A DNA stretch of 32,000 nt, taken from Candidatus Electronema aureum (GTDB taxonomy: Bacteria; Desulfobacterota; Desulfobulbia; Desulfobulbales; Desulfobulbaceae). Under the pieces are notes generated by a model, which saw nothing but the letters and a program-made list of their open reading frames with translations, had not been told where the DNA came from and did no database searches. The position numbers and the translations under genes were made by a program. Below, one piece after another: positions 16,697-25,385 of this stretch (the first letter of the stretch is position 1; every line of letters begins with the position of its first letter). Where the stretch lies: contig NQJD01000022.1 of the NCBI GenBank assembly GCA_004284765.1, positions 1 to 32,000 on the forward strand. The letters are read 5' to 3'.

Positions 16697-17103
16697 AGAT
16701 AGTTCTTGACACCAATGTGTTTATATCTGCCATATTTTTCGGAGGTCAGCCAGCTAAGATTCTTCAAGCATGGAGAGACCGAAAAATTCAGATAGTGCTT
16801 TCAGAGGAAATTTTAAGCGAATATCATCGAATAGCGGAGGGACTATCGGAAAAATATCCTAAGATTGATATCGGGCGTTTTTTTGAGTTGTTGATTCATT
16901 ACAGCGAGATGATTGAAACGCAACATGTATCTGTTGCGGCTTGTGAAGATTCAGATGATGACAAGTTTCTTGCATGTGCGATTGCAAGCGGCAGCAAGCT
17001 GATAGTAAGCGGTGATAAACATCTGTTGCATGTTTCTGGATATGAAGGGATTTCTGTGCTGAAGCCGAGAGAATTCGTTGATATTCATCTGAAAGAAATA
17101 TGA
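16693..17103 (+). CDS. PIN-domain toxin (VapC-like ribonuclease)
   Basis: (V)KIVLDTNVFISAIF, LSEEIL, DSDDDKFLACA, SGDKHLL supply the conserved acidic PIN residues. Order is the canonical antitoxin-then-toxin. Confidence 0.85.
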   Translation: MKIVLDTNVFISAIFFGGQPAKILQAWRDRKIQIVLSEEILSEYHRIAEGLSEKYPKIDIGRFFELLIHYSEMIETQHVSVAACEDSDDDKFLACAIASGSKLIVSGDKHLLHVSGYEGISVLKPREFVDIHLKEI

Positions 17104-17120
17104 ATAAAAAATACCGTATT

Positions 17121-17172
17121 ATTTTTACCGGCACAGCAGCGGAGCAGGTGACGGAAATTAGAGGTATTCATG
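17121..17172 (+). repeat. degenerate duplicate of the etfB 3' end
   Basis: 17128-17153 matches 16164-16189 at 24/26 nt. After a 12-nt gap relative to etfB, 17154-17178 matches 16202-16227 (18 of 26 aligned columns). At protein level this is FTGTAAEQVT-EIRGIH versus the etfB C-terminus FSGTAVEQVTQLVAEIQGYL. Confidence 0.8.
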
Positions 17173-17979
17173 AACAAGAAGATTGTTGATAATTTTTCAA
17201 AAAGGTATAGGTACAAGAATGCTGAGGAAGTTGAAATCACTATCCGTGAGGATGCGCCTCAGGAATTCAGAGCCTTTCTCATCGAGTTATTATACGAGTT
17301 TGGTTTTACTCCGAGCAGACTAAGAAAAATATTTTGTCTTGTTTTAAGACAAGTGCCAGATGAGGGCAATTGGTCTGAGTACCCAAATATTGATGGAGAA
17401 ATCAGAGGATTATTGCGTGATTGTGAGTGGTTTAAAGTTTATGACATCTTGGAAAAGATACTCCAAGATGATCGTTCTCATTTTAATCGAGATAAATTTA
17501 CTACAGAGGTGAACAATTTCTTTATTGAGGAGGGGTACGGTTGGAAAATAAATCAATCTTTAATTGAAATGCGTGGAGATAGATCTTTTGAACTTATTGT
17601 AAAGTCAGCTAGTGATAAATTAGCTGACGATCAATATAGTACAGCAAGCAAAGAATTATATCAGGCGTTAAAAGACTTATCAAGAAGACCTTCTTCAGAT
17701 ATAACAGGAGCTATTCAGCATTCAATGGCTTCTCTTGAATGTGTTGCACGGGAAATTACCGGAGATCGAAAGGCAACTCTCGGCGAGATAATGAGTAAAC
17801 ATAAGGGGCTAATTCCAGCTCCTTTGGATGAAGCTGTAACAAAAGCATGGGGATTTGCTTCTGAGTATGGCAGACATATTAGAGAAGGTCGTGAGCCAGC
17901 CTTTCAAGACGCAGAATTAATTGTCGGAATATGCTCATCTATTGGAAGTTATCTTTTAGGTTTAAAGAAAGCAAAATAA
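17170..17979 (+). CDS. AbiJ-like protein (AbiJ N-terminal-domain-like + helical HEPN-like C-terminal domain), candidate abortive-infection/defence gene
   Basis: 269-aa AT-rich ORF. The N-terminus FSKRYRYKNAEEVEITIREDAPQEFRAFLIELLYEFGF resembles the AbiJ-NTD pattern (FS-R-GY...I...D-P..LR..L). The C-terminal helical region has a GRHIREGR patch. This is a recognition-level call only. Confidence 0.55.
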   Translation: MNKKIVDNFSKRYRYKNAEEVEITIREDAPQEFRAFLIELLYEFGFTPSRLRKIFCLVLRQVPDEGNWSEYPNIDGEIRGLLRDCEWFKVYDILEKILQDDRSHFNRDKFTTEVNNFFIEEGYGWKINQSLIEMRGDRSFELIVKSASDKLADDQYSTASKELYQALKDLSRRPSSDITGAIQHSMASLECVAREITGDRKATLGEIMSKHKGLIPAPLDEAVTKAWGFASEYGRHIREGREPAFQDAELIVGICSSIGSYLLGLKKAK

Positions 17980-18058
17980 TTTTATAACAAAGCAAGAAGT
18001 TAAATTCCATGGCAGCAAATTTATCCGCAGTGCAATTCATACTGAATTTTATACTGTC

Positions 18059-19252
18059 ATGCTCATAGTTGACACCACCCTATGTATCGGCTGCGGAGTC
18101 TGCGAAGCCAACTGCGCCTTTGGAGCGATCATCCTCAAGGACGGCGTTGCCGTGGTCGGCGATGGCTGCAAGCTCTGCGGTTCCTGCGTGGACAACTGCG
18201 AACCCGGTGCCTTGCGCATTGAAACCGCTGCCAAAGCCGCGCCAAGCGATCTGTCCGCGTGGTCTGGCATCTGGGTCTTTGCTGAAGCGCGGCACGGCGT
18301 GGTTGCGCCAGTGGCTTTTGAGCTGCTGGGCATCGGCAGAAAGCTGGCTGATCAGCGCGGCACTGCCTTGACCGCTGTGCTGCTGGGTGCCAGTGTCGAG
18401 AGCAAGGCCGCCGAGCTGATCGCCGCAGGCGCGGACAAGGTGCTGCTCGCTGATGACCCCGCGCTTGCTCAGTACCGCGAGGACGTGTACGGCAAGGTGC
18501 TGGAGCATTTGATTCTTCAGCATAAACCTGAAGTGGTGCTGGCCGGAGCAACCGCCATTGGCCGCTCGGTCATTCCGCAGGTGGCGAATGTTCTTGGCGC
18601 GGGCCTGACCGCCGACTGCACCGCTCTTGCCATCCGCGCCGAAGACGGCGTGCTGCTGCAAACCCGCCCGGCCTTTGGCGGCAACATCATGGCAACGATT
18701 GAATGCCCGCAAACCCGGCCTCAGATGGCGACGGTGCGGCCTAATGTCATGGCCCCGATTGTGCCAGATGCAGCCCGCAGCGGCGAGGTGATCAAAGTGC
18801 CGCTCGCGCCGGATCTGCTGGCCTCCAAGGTCGAAGTGCTGGAAACGGTGTTCAGTCAGGAGCAGCAGGCCAATATTCAAGAGAAGGAAGTGCTGGTCAG
18901 CGGCGGGCGCGGCTTGGCAAGCGAGAAAGGCTTTGCCCTGCTTCACGAGCTGGCGAGCGAGCTGAACGGCGCGGTGTCTGCCTCGCGAGCCGCTGTGGAC
19001 GCAGGCTGGATCGGCTATCCCTGCCAGGTCGGCCAGACTGGCAAGACGGTCAGCCCGAAGCTCTACATCGCCTGCGGCATTTCCGGCGCGGTGCAGCACA
19101 CGGTCGGGATGCAGTCCGCCGAAACCATCGTCGCCATCAACCGCGACGAAAAGGCCCCGATCTTCGACCTCGCCACTTACGGCTTGGTTGGCGATCTTTT
19201 TGAAATCCTTCCCCTGCTGACGCAGAAAATCAGGGAGCAGCGCAGGCTATGA
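18059..19252 (+). CDS. etfA: electron transfer flavoprotein alpha subunit with N-terminal 2x[4Fe-4S] ferredoxin domain
   Basis: CIGCGVCEANC and CKLCGSCVDNCEP motifs are followed by an EtfA body with PKLYIACGISGAVQH. The stop overlaps the fabG ATG (ATGA). Confidence 0.9.
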   Translation: MLIVDTTLCIGCGVCEANCAFGAIILKDGVAVVGDGCKLCGSCVDNCEPGALRIETAAKAAPSDLSAWSGIWVFAEARHGVVAPVAFELLGIGRKLADQRGTALTAVLLGASVESKAAELIAAGADKVLLADDPALAQYREDVYGKVLEHLILQHKPEVVLAGATAIGRSVIPQVANVLGAGLTADCTALAIRAEDGVLLQTRPAFGGNIMATIECPQTRPQMATVRPNVMAPIVPDAARSGEVIKVPLAPDLLASKVEVLETVFSQEQQANIQEKEVLVSGGRGLASEKGFALLHELASELNGAVSASRAAVDAGWIGYPCQVGQTGKTVSPKLYIACGISGAVQHTVGMQSAETIVAINRDEKAPIFDLATYGLVGDLFEILPLLTQKIREQRRL

Positions 19253-19998
19253 CACTTGCAGGAAAAACAGCGTTAGTCACCGGCGGCAGCCGGGGCATAG
19301 GCCGGGCAATCTGCCTGCGCTTGGCCGCTCAGGGCGCGAATGTTGGCATCAATTACGTCAGCCGGGCCGCTGCTGCTGAAGAGGTTTTGGCGGAAATCAC
19401 CGCTGCGGGCGGCAAGGGCTTTGTCATCGGTTTTGACGTGACCGACAGCGCGGCAGTGCAGAACGCGGTAAAAACAATTTCTGCTGACCACGGCGGAGTT
19501 GATATACTGATCAACAACGCAGGCATCACCCGCGACGGCCTGATGGCCCGGATGAAGGACGAGGACTGGGACGCAGTGCTGAACACCAATCTCAAGGGCG
19601 CGTTCACCTGCTCGAAAGAGGCGATGCGCGGGATGATGAAAAAACGCTGGGGCCGGATCATCAACATCAGCTCGGTGATCGGCTGCGTCGGCAACGCGGG
19701 CCAGGTGAACTACGCGGCGGCCAAGGCAGGGCTGATCGGCCTGACTAAATCAATGGCCAAAGAGCTGGCTTCGCGCAAGATCACGGTCAATTGTGTAGCA
19801 CCGGGCTACATCGTCACTGACATGACCACCGAGCTGCCGGAGGAGATCAAGGAGAGCATCCTTGCCGCCATTCCGCTTGGCAGCATCGGCCAGCCGGAGG
19901 ATGTGGCCGATGCGGTCGCGTATCTCGCCGCTGAAGAAAGCGGCTATGTCACCGGCCAGACATTGCATGTCAACGGCGGCATGTACATGGGCAATTAA
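19249..19998 (+). CDS. fabG: 3-oxoacyl-ACP reductase FabG
   Basis: TGGSRGIGRA, NNAGITRD, NYAAAKAG, VNCVAPGYIVTDMT: canonical FabG SDR motifs. Confidence 0.95.
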   Translation: MTLAGKTALVTGGSRGIGRAICLRLAAQGANVGINYVSRAAAAEEVLAEITAAGGKGFVIGFDVTDSAAVQNAVKTISADHGGVDILINNAGITRDGLMARMKDEDWDAVLNTNLKGAFTCSKEAMRGMMKKRWGRIINISSVIGCVGNAGQVNYAAAKAGLIGLTKSMAKELASRKITVNCVAPGYIVTDMTTELPEEIKESILAAIPLGSIGQPEDVADAVAYLAAEESGYVTGQTLHVNGGMYMGN

Positions 19999-20073
19999 GA
20001 ATTACCGTTCGGAACGGCGGATTTCCGTCCGCAATTTTTGCATATCTCAACAAGAACTATCAGGAGAACGAGC

Positions 20074-20304
20074 ATGGCAGTTGCAGAGAAGATGATCGAC
20101 ATCATTGTGGAGCAGCTCAGTGTGGATAAAGAGAAAGTTGTTCCCAACGCCTCCTTTGTGGATGATCTGGGTGCGGATTCTTTGGATCAGGTTGAGCTGA
20201 TCATGGCAATGGAAGAGGCTTTTGATATCGAAATCCCAGATGAGGATGCTGAAAAAATCAAAACCGTCCAGAGTGCCATCGATTATGTGGAGAAGCTCCA
20301 GTAG
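20074..20304 (+). CDS. acpP: acyl carrier protein
   Basis: 76 aa with [17 protein letters not shown] (phosphopantetheine Ser). ATG 20074 follows aggaga. The upstream part of the track ORF is rejected. Confidence 0.95.
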   Translation: MAVAEKMIDIIVEQLSVDKEKVVPNASFVDDLGADSLDQVELIMAMEEAFDIEIPDEDAEKIKTVQSAIDYVEKLQ

Positions 20305-20315
20305 TAAGCAAGCAC

Positions 20316-20345
20316 GCATCAGCAGGAGGTCTATCCTGCTGATGC
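20316..20345 (+). other. perfect 12-bp stem-loop between acpP and fabF (no U-tract)
   Basis: gcatcagcagga (20316-20327), loop ggtcta, tcctgctgatgc (20334-20345). It is a likely mRNA-stability/attenuation hairpin, as often seen after acpP. Confidence 0.8.
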
Positions 20346-20367
20346 CCGCCCTTCACTTCAGCACAGG

Positions 20368-21621
20368 ATGAGTGACGTGAAACAGCGACGGGTTGTTGTG
20401 ACAGGAATTGGTCTGGTGACTCCACTGGGCACCGGCACCGATAACACGTGGGAAGGACTGATGAACGGGCGCAGCGGCATCGGGCCGATCACCCGTTTTG
20501 ATGCATCGGCTCATGCTGCGCAGATTGCTGCTGAGGTCAAAGATTTTACTCCGGAACGCTGGTTCGAGCCGAAGCAGGTCAAAAATCTCGACCTCTTTGT
20601 TCAGTACGCTGTGGCTGCTGCGGATATAGCCATGCAGGACAGCGGCTTGGAACTCAGCGAAGAACTGGCAGAGCGGGTTGGTGTGATCACTGGCTGCGGT
20701 ATGGGTAGCCTGCCCACCATCGAGGAATACCACTCGGTGCTGCTGGCTAAGGGGCCGCGCCGGATCACTCCTTTCTTCATCCCCAGGGTGATTCCCAACA
20801 TGCCTTCCGGCCACATCTCCATGCGCTTTGGGGCCAAGGGGCCGAATCTTGCTCTTTCAACGGCCTGCGCCGCAGGCACTCACGCGGTGGGCGAGGCGTA
20901 CCGCCATATTATTTTCGGTGACTGTGACGCAGCCATCACCGGCGGCGCAGAAGCGGTCATCTGCCCAATAGCGGTCGGCGGCTTTGCGGCAATGAAGGCT
21001 CTGTCCACCCGCAACGAGGAGCCGGAACGCGCTTCGCGGCCTTTTGACCGCGACCGCGACGGCTTCATCATGGCCGAAGGCGCGGGCATGATTCTGTTGG
21101 AGGAGTTGGAATCAGCACGAAAACGCGGAGCCAAGATCTATGCTGAGATCGTCGGCTATGGCCTGAGCAGCGATGCCTATCATATTGCCGCTCCGCCTGA
21201 CGACGGCGACGGCGCGGCCCGCTGCATGAGGATGGCTCTCCGCAGCGCGGGCATGAACCCGGACGAGATTGACTACATCAACGCGCACGGCACCTCGACC
21301 CCGCTCAACGATAGCTGCGAGACTGCGGCGATCAAGACCGTCTTTGGCGATCATGCCTATAAGCTGGCGGTCAGCTCCACTAAATCAATGACCGGCCACA
21401 TGCTGGGTGGTGCAGGCGGCATCGAGGCGGCTTTTACCGCGCTCACGTTGTATCATCAGTGCATTCCGCCAACCACGAATTACGAGAATCCTGATCCGGC
21501 CTGCGATCTGGACTATGTGCCGAACACGGCCCGCAAGATGCAAATCCGGGCGGCGATGTCCAATTCCTTCGGCTTCGGCGGCACCAACGGGGTCATCATC
21601 ATGAAGCGGTTTGAGGGATAA
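20368..21621 (+). CDS. fabF: 3-oxoacyl-ACP synthase II FabF
   Basis: RRVVVTGIGLVTPLG, active-site ALSTACAAG, NAHGTSTPLND, SNSFGFGGTNG. Confidence 0.95.
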   Translation: MSDVKQRRVVVTGIGLVTPLGTGTDNTWEGLMNGRSGIGPITRFDASAHAAQIAAEVKDFTPERWFEPKQVKNLDLFVQYAVAAADIAMQDSGLELSEELAERVGVITGCGMGSLPTIEEYHSVLLAKGPRRITPFFIPRVIPNMPSGHISMRFGAKGPNLALSTACAAGTHAVGEAYRHIIFGDCDAAITGGAEAVICPIAVGGFAAMKALSTRNEEPERASRPFDRDRDGFIMAEGAGMILLEELESARKRGAKIYAEIVGYGLSSDAYHIAAPPDDGDGAARCMRMALRSAGMNPDEIDYINAHGTSTPLNDSCETAAIKTVFGDHAYKLAVSSTKSMTGHMLGGAGGIEAAFTALTLYHQCIPPTTNYENPDPACDLDYVPNTARKMQIRAAMSNSFGFGGTNGVIIMKRFEG

Positions 21622-21624
21622 GAA

Positions 21625-22050
21625 ATGAAAATTGCAGTGGGCAGCGACCACGGCGGCTTTGAGCTGAAGCAGCAGGTGGTGGAATTTCTGAGCAAGGCCG
21701 GGTACGAGGTTGAGTCCGTGGGCTGCTTCGATCTGGCCTCGGTGGATTATCCCGATTTCGCCGAAAAGGTCTGCGCTTTGGTGAAGTCAGGGGCCTGCGA
21801 GCGGGGCATCCTCATCTGCGGCACCGGCATCGGCATGTCCATCGCCGCCAACCGGCACCGAGACATCCGCGCCGCCCTCTGCCACGAGGCCTTCACCGCC
21901 CGCATGAGCCGCGAGCACAACAACGCCAACGTCCTCTGTCTCGGCGCACGGGTGATCGGCCCGGAGCTGGCCTTGGAAATCGTGCGGACGTGGGTGGTGG
22001 CGGAGTTCGTGGGCGGCAGGCATCAGCGCAGATTGGATATATTGAGCTGA
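21625..22050 (+). CDS. rpiB: ribose-5-phosphate isomerase B
   Basis: MKIAVGSDHGGFELK, ILICGTGIGMSIAANR, HNNANVLCLGARV. Confidence 0.9.
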   Translation: MKIAVGSDHGGFELKQQVVEFLSKAGYEVESVGCFDLASVDYPDFAEKVCALVKSGACERGILICGTGIGMSIAANRHRDIRAALCHEAFTARMSREHNNANVLCLGARVIGPELALEIVRTWVVAEFVGGRHQRRLDILS

Positions 22051-22087
22051 TACGGGACTCCCGCTGTTTTCATTTTCAGAGAACTTT

Positions 22088-22118
22088 CGGCAGCCCTGCT
22101 CGGTGCTGCCGTTTTTTT
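22088..22118 (+). terminator. rho-independent terminator after rpiB
   Basis: Stem cggcagc (22088-22094) / gctgccg (22105-22111), followed by T7 (22112-22118). Confidence 0.8.
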
Positions 22119-22159
22119 ATTTATCATCGCCGGGTTATGTTAAACCAAAGAGCATTGAC

Positions 22160-23602
22160 ATGGATAAAAAACTTGATATTCTAAAAAGTATAGATTTTGG
22201 TCAATCGGTAGCTGAACAGGAAGCCGAAAAGTTAGAGATGTATTTCGTTAAGACACGTCAATGGAATCAGGTATATAAAGATGAAATAGATATCGTTTAT
22301 GGTCCTAAAGGAGCTGGTAAAAGTGCCATCTATTCTTTGATTGAAAAGTATGAACCGAGTTTTTTCCAAAAAAATATCGTGTTGATATTTGCTGAGAATC
22401 CAAGAGGAGCAACTGCTTTCAGCGATCTTGAAACAGCTCCTCCTTCTGATGAAAGATCATTTGTTAATTTATGGAAACTATATTTTCTTGTTTTAATAGG
22501 GGAACATTTTCAAATTTATGGCACACAAACACTTAATGGTTCAGATGTATTAAACACGTTAACAGAAAGCGGATTGCTTCAAAAAGGAAATACTCTCAGG
22601 TCGATACTAGGTAAAATTAAGAATTATATTTATAAATATTTTAATCCTCAATCTTTCGAGCCGAATGTATCGTTCAACGAACAAACTGACAGCATGGCAA
22701 AAAATGGCGCAAAATCTGTGGACGCTCTTTTTCATAAAGCTAATAAGGAACTTAAAAAATCAGAATTTAAAATTTGGTTTCTTCTTGACAGGCTGGATGT
22801 CGCCTTCGCAGACTCTCCTGGATTAGAAGAAAACGCTTTGAGGGCTTTATTTAAAACGTACTTAGATTTAATGGGATTTGAAAATTTTAAAATAAAAATT
22901 TTTTTAAGATTAGATATATGGAGAAAGATCACTAAAGAAGGTTTCAGAGAAGCTACTCATATTACCAAGTGCACAACTATAGAATGGGAAAGATCTTCCC
23001 TGCTTAATTTAGTTATCAGGAGACTATTAAATAATAATTTATTACTACGTTATTACAATATAGAAAAAGAAGAAGTATTATCGGATATCTCCTCTCAGGA
23101 GAAACTGTTTTATAAGATTTTTCCAAGAAAAATTGATATTGGAAAAAATCCAGACACGTTTGATTGGATATTAGGTCGTGTTGAAGATTCCCTCGGTTTA
23201 TCCGCACCACGTGATATTATCAATCTTATCAATGGTGCTATATCAGCACAGATAAAATCATTTGAATTAGGTGAAAATTCAACAGAAGAAACTGCTCTGT
23301 TCGGTCGAGCCAGTTTAAAGAAAGGTCTTGCTTATGCTTCAAGAGAAAAAACAGAAAAATATTTATTTGCTGAATATCCTTCTCTTCGAAAATATTTTGA
23401 CTCATTGCGTGGTGGAAAGGCAACACAGACATTAACCTCGCTTTCATCTCTCTGGAATTGTTCTGAAAACGAAGCGGAACAAATAGCGGCACAGATCGTG
23501 CAGACAGGATTCTGGAAAATTGAAAAGAAAGGACAGTCAACATACTGGATACATTTTATCTTTAGAGATGCTTTAGAGATTGTACAGGGTACCGCGAAAT
23601 AA
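22160..23602 (+). CDS. orphan P-loop NTPase (STAND/KAP-like; possibly the family annotated as Sll1717-type P-loop ATPase)
   Basis: 480-aa AT-rich ORF from ATG 22160. The track extension to 22103 would run through the rpiB terminator. Walker A GPKGAGKS, Walker-B-like [10 protein letters not shown], and a long helical C-terminal region. Confidence 0.7.
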   Translation: MDKKLDILKSIDFGQSVAEQEAEKLEMYFVKTRQWNQVYKDEIDIVYGPKGAGKSAIYSLIEKYEPSFFQKNIVLIFAENPRGATAFSDLETAPPSDERSFVNLWKLYFLVLIGEHFQIYGTQTLNGSDVLNTLTESGLLQKGNTLRSILGKIKNYIYKYFNPQSFEPNVSFNEQTDSMAKNGAKSVDALFHKANKELKKSEFKIWFLLDRLDVAFADSPGLEENALRALFKTYLDLMGFENFKIKIFLRLDIWRKITKEGFREATHITKCTTIEWERSSLLNLVIRRLLNNNLLLRYYNIEKEEVLSDISSQEKLFYKIFPRKIDIGKNPDTFDWILGRVEDSLGLSAPRDIINLINGAISAQIKSFELGENSTEETALFGRASLKKGLAYASREKTEKYLFAEYPSLRKYFDSLRGGKATQTLTSLSSLWNCSENEAEQIAAQIVQTGFWKIEKKGQSTYWIHFIFRDALEIVQGTAK

Positions 23603-23655
23603 ACTGGGTAACAGAGTTTTATACCTTGTTACCTAATAACTATCAGGCTAATATC

Positions 23656-24915
23656 ATGGCGATTTTGAAACAGACTGACCCGGATGTGCATCAATATATT
23701 CAGTACGAGCTGGAGCGGCAGGCAAACCAGCTGGAGCTGATCGCCTCGGAGAACATCGTCTCTCCGGCGGTGCTGGAGGCGCAGGGGTCTATTTTTACAA
23801 ACAAATACGCGGAAGGCTATCCCGGCAAGCGCTACTACGGCGGCTGCGACTACGCCGACAAGATCGAGACGCTGGCTATCGAGCGGGCGAAGGAGATTTT
23901 CGGGGCGGAGTATGTCAATGTCCAGCCGCATTCGGGCAGCCAGGCCAACATGGCGGTGTATTTTTCCTGCCTCAATCCGGGCGACAAGGTCTTGGGCATG
24001 GACTTGGCCCACGGCGGCCATCTCACGCACGGCGCGGCGGTCTCCTTCTCCGGCAAGCTCTTCAATTTCATGTCCTATGGTGTGAAGCGCGACACCGAAA
24101 CCATCGACATGGCCGAGGTGGAGCGAATCGCCTTTGAGAACCGGCCCAAGCTGATCGTGGCCGGAGCCAGTGCCTATCCGCGCATCATTGATTTTGAGCA
24201 TTTCCGCCATATTGCTGATCAGATCGGCGCACTGTTTATGGTGGATATGGCCCACATCGCCGGATTAGTTGCTGCGGGCGTGCATCCCTCGCCGGTGCCC
24301 TATGCCGATTTTGTCACCACCACGACCCACAAAACCCTGCGCGGGCCGCGCGGCGGCTTGATTCTGGCAAAGAAGAAATATGCCAAGGCGTTAGATTCCA
24401 ACATATTCCCCGGCATTCAGGGCGGGCCGCTGGTGCATGTGATCGCGGCCAAAGCGGTCAGCTTCAAGGAGGCGATGACTGAGGAATATCGTCAGTATCA
24501 GCGGCAGGTCGTGACCAACGCCCAGACGCTGGCCGTGCAGCTCAAAGGCCACAGCTTCCGCATCGTCTCCGGCGGCACGGACAACCATCTCATGCTGATT
24601 GATCTGAGCAGCAAGAGGCTGACCGGCAAGGAGGCCGAGCATCTGCTGGAAGAGGCGGGCCTGACCGTGAACAAGAACGCCATTCCCTTTGACACCCAGC
24701 CGCGCTTTGTCACCAGCGGCATCCGCATCGGCACGCCTTCCGTGACCACCAGAGGGCTGAAAGAGCCGGAGATGGTCAAAATCGCTGATTGGATCAACCG
24801 GGTGCTGACTACTAGAACTCCGGCGGTCATTGCCCAAGTACGGCAGGAAGTGCGGGAACTCTGCGAGGCATTGCCGCTTTATCCTGAGATGGCGCGGGAT
24901 GAGGAGTTCGCATGA
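23656..24915 (+). CDS. glyA: serine hydroxymethyltransferase
   Basis: [11 protein letters not shown]...[22 protein letters not shown] (PLP Lys). Confidence 0.95.
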   Translation: MAILKQTDPDVHQYIQYELERQANQLELIASENIVSPAVLEAQGSIFTNKYAEGYPGKRYYGGCDYADKIETLAIERAKEIFGAEYVNVQPHSGSQANMAVYFSCLNPGDKVLGMDLAHGGHLTHGAAVSFSGKLFNFMSYGVKRDTETIDMAEVERIAFENRPKLIVAGASAYPRIIDFEHFRHIADQIGALFMVDMAHIAGLVAAGVHPSPVPYADFVTTTTHKTLRGPRGGLILAKKKYAKALDSNIFPGIQGGPLVHVIAAKAVSFKEAMTEEYRQYQRQVVTNAQTLAVQLKGHSFRIVSGGTDNHLMLIDLSSKRLTGKEAEHLLEEAGLTVNKNAIPFDTQPRFVTSGIRIGTPSVTTRGLKEPEMVKIADWINRVLTTRTPAVIAQVRQEVRELCEALPLYPEMARDEEFA

Positions 24916-25385
24916 CTCCCATCGGTTTCATCTATAGCCCGTTCAGCAGCTTGGAAGGAATGCCCATCCAGCCGACCGGCGCAGCCGGAGTGCGCGGCAG
25001 GGTGGAAATCCTGCCTGAATACCGGGCGGGCTTGAAGGATATCGAGGGCTTCTCGCATCTAATTCTGCTTTATCTCTTTCACCGCAGCAGCGGCTTTCAG
25101 CTAGAAGTGGTGCCGTTCTTGGACAGCCAGCCACGCGGCCTTTTTGCCACCCGCGCCCCTAAACGACCGAATCCCATCGGCCTATCCATCGTCCGCTTGG
25201 ATTCAGTGGAAAATGGTGTGCTGAATGTGCAGGATGTTGACATCTTGGACGGCACGCCGCTTTTGGACATCAAACCCTATGTGCCGGTGTTCGACCGCCG
25301 CGAAGGAGTACGGGCGGGTTGGCTGGAATCGACAGGCAACGCGGTTGCGGCGCATAAATCCGATGCCCGTTTTGCTGCGCCATGA
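24912..25385 (+). CDS. trmO: tRNA (t6A37) methyltransferase TrmO/TsaA (YaeB family)
   Basis: [44 protein letters not shown] overlap with glyA. Confidence 0.85.
   Translation: MTPIGFIYSPFSSLEGMPIQPTGAAGVRGRVEILPEYRAGLKDIEGFSHLILLYLFHRSSGFQLEVVPFLDSQPRGLFATRAPKRPNPIGLSIVRLDSVENGVLNVQDVDILDGTPLLDIKPYVPVFDRREGVRAGWLESTGNAVAAHKSDARFAAP

Noticed and set aside
18003-18058. A possible third relic of the etfB 3' end just upstream of etfA (ccatggcagc...cgcagtgcaattca).
   Set aside because: Only short scattered matches (cgcagt, attca). Far below the 24/26 block seen at 17128-17153.
18080-19099. Long antisense ORFs opposite well-supported genes. Examples: 18080-19099(-) versus etfA, 8404-9366(+) versus the exonuclease, 10539-11198(+) versus DUF294, 12580-13146(-) versus plsX, 13527-14072(-) versus fabH, 15620-16255(-) versus etfB, 23629-24255(-) versus glyA, 27276-27869(+) versus GT2.
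   Set aside because: They lie opposite genes with clear family motifs. Their Arg/Ala/Gly/Pro-rich low-complexity translations are typical of stop-codon depletion in GC-rich DNA. No start-site signals or recognisable motifs.
22103-22159. N-terminal extensions of track ORFs: 22103 for the NTPase, 2459 for the SLOG-like gene, 11935 for rpmF, 13116 for fabH, 20038 for acpP, 23626 for glyA, 25794 for ribD, 7093 for PAP2, 30559 for the GT-C-like gene.
   Set aside because: The extensions overlap upstream genes or terminators. Internal ATGs give canonical N-termini and/or proper SD spacing.
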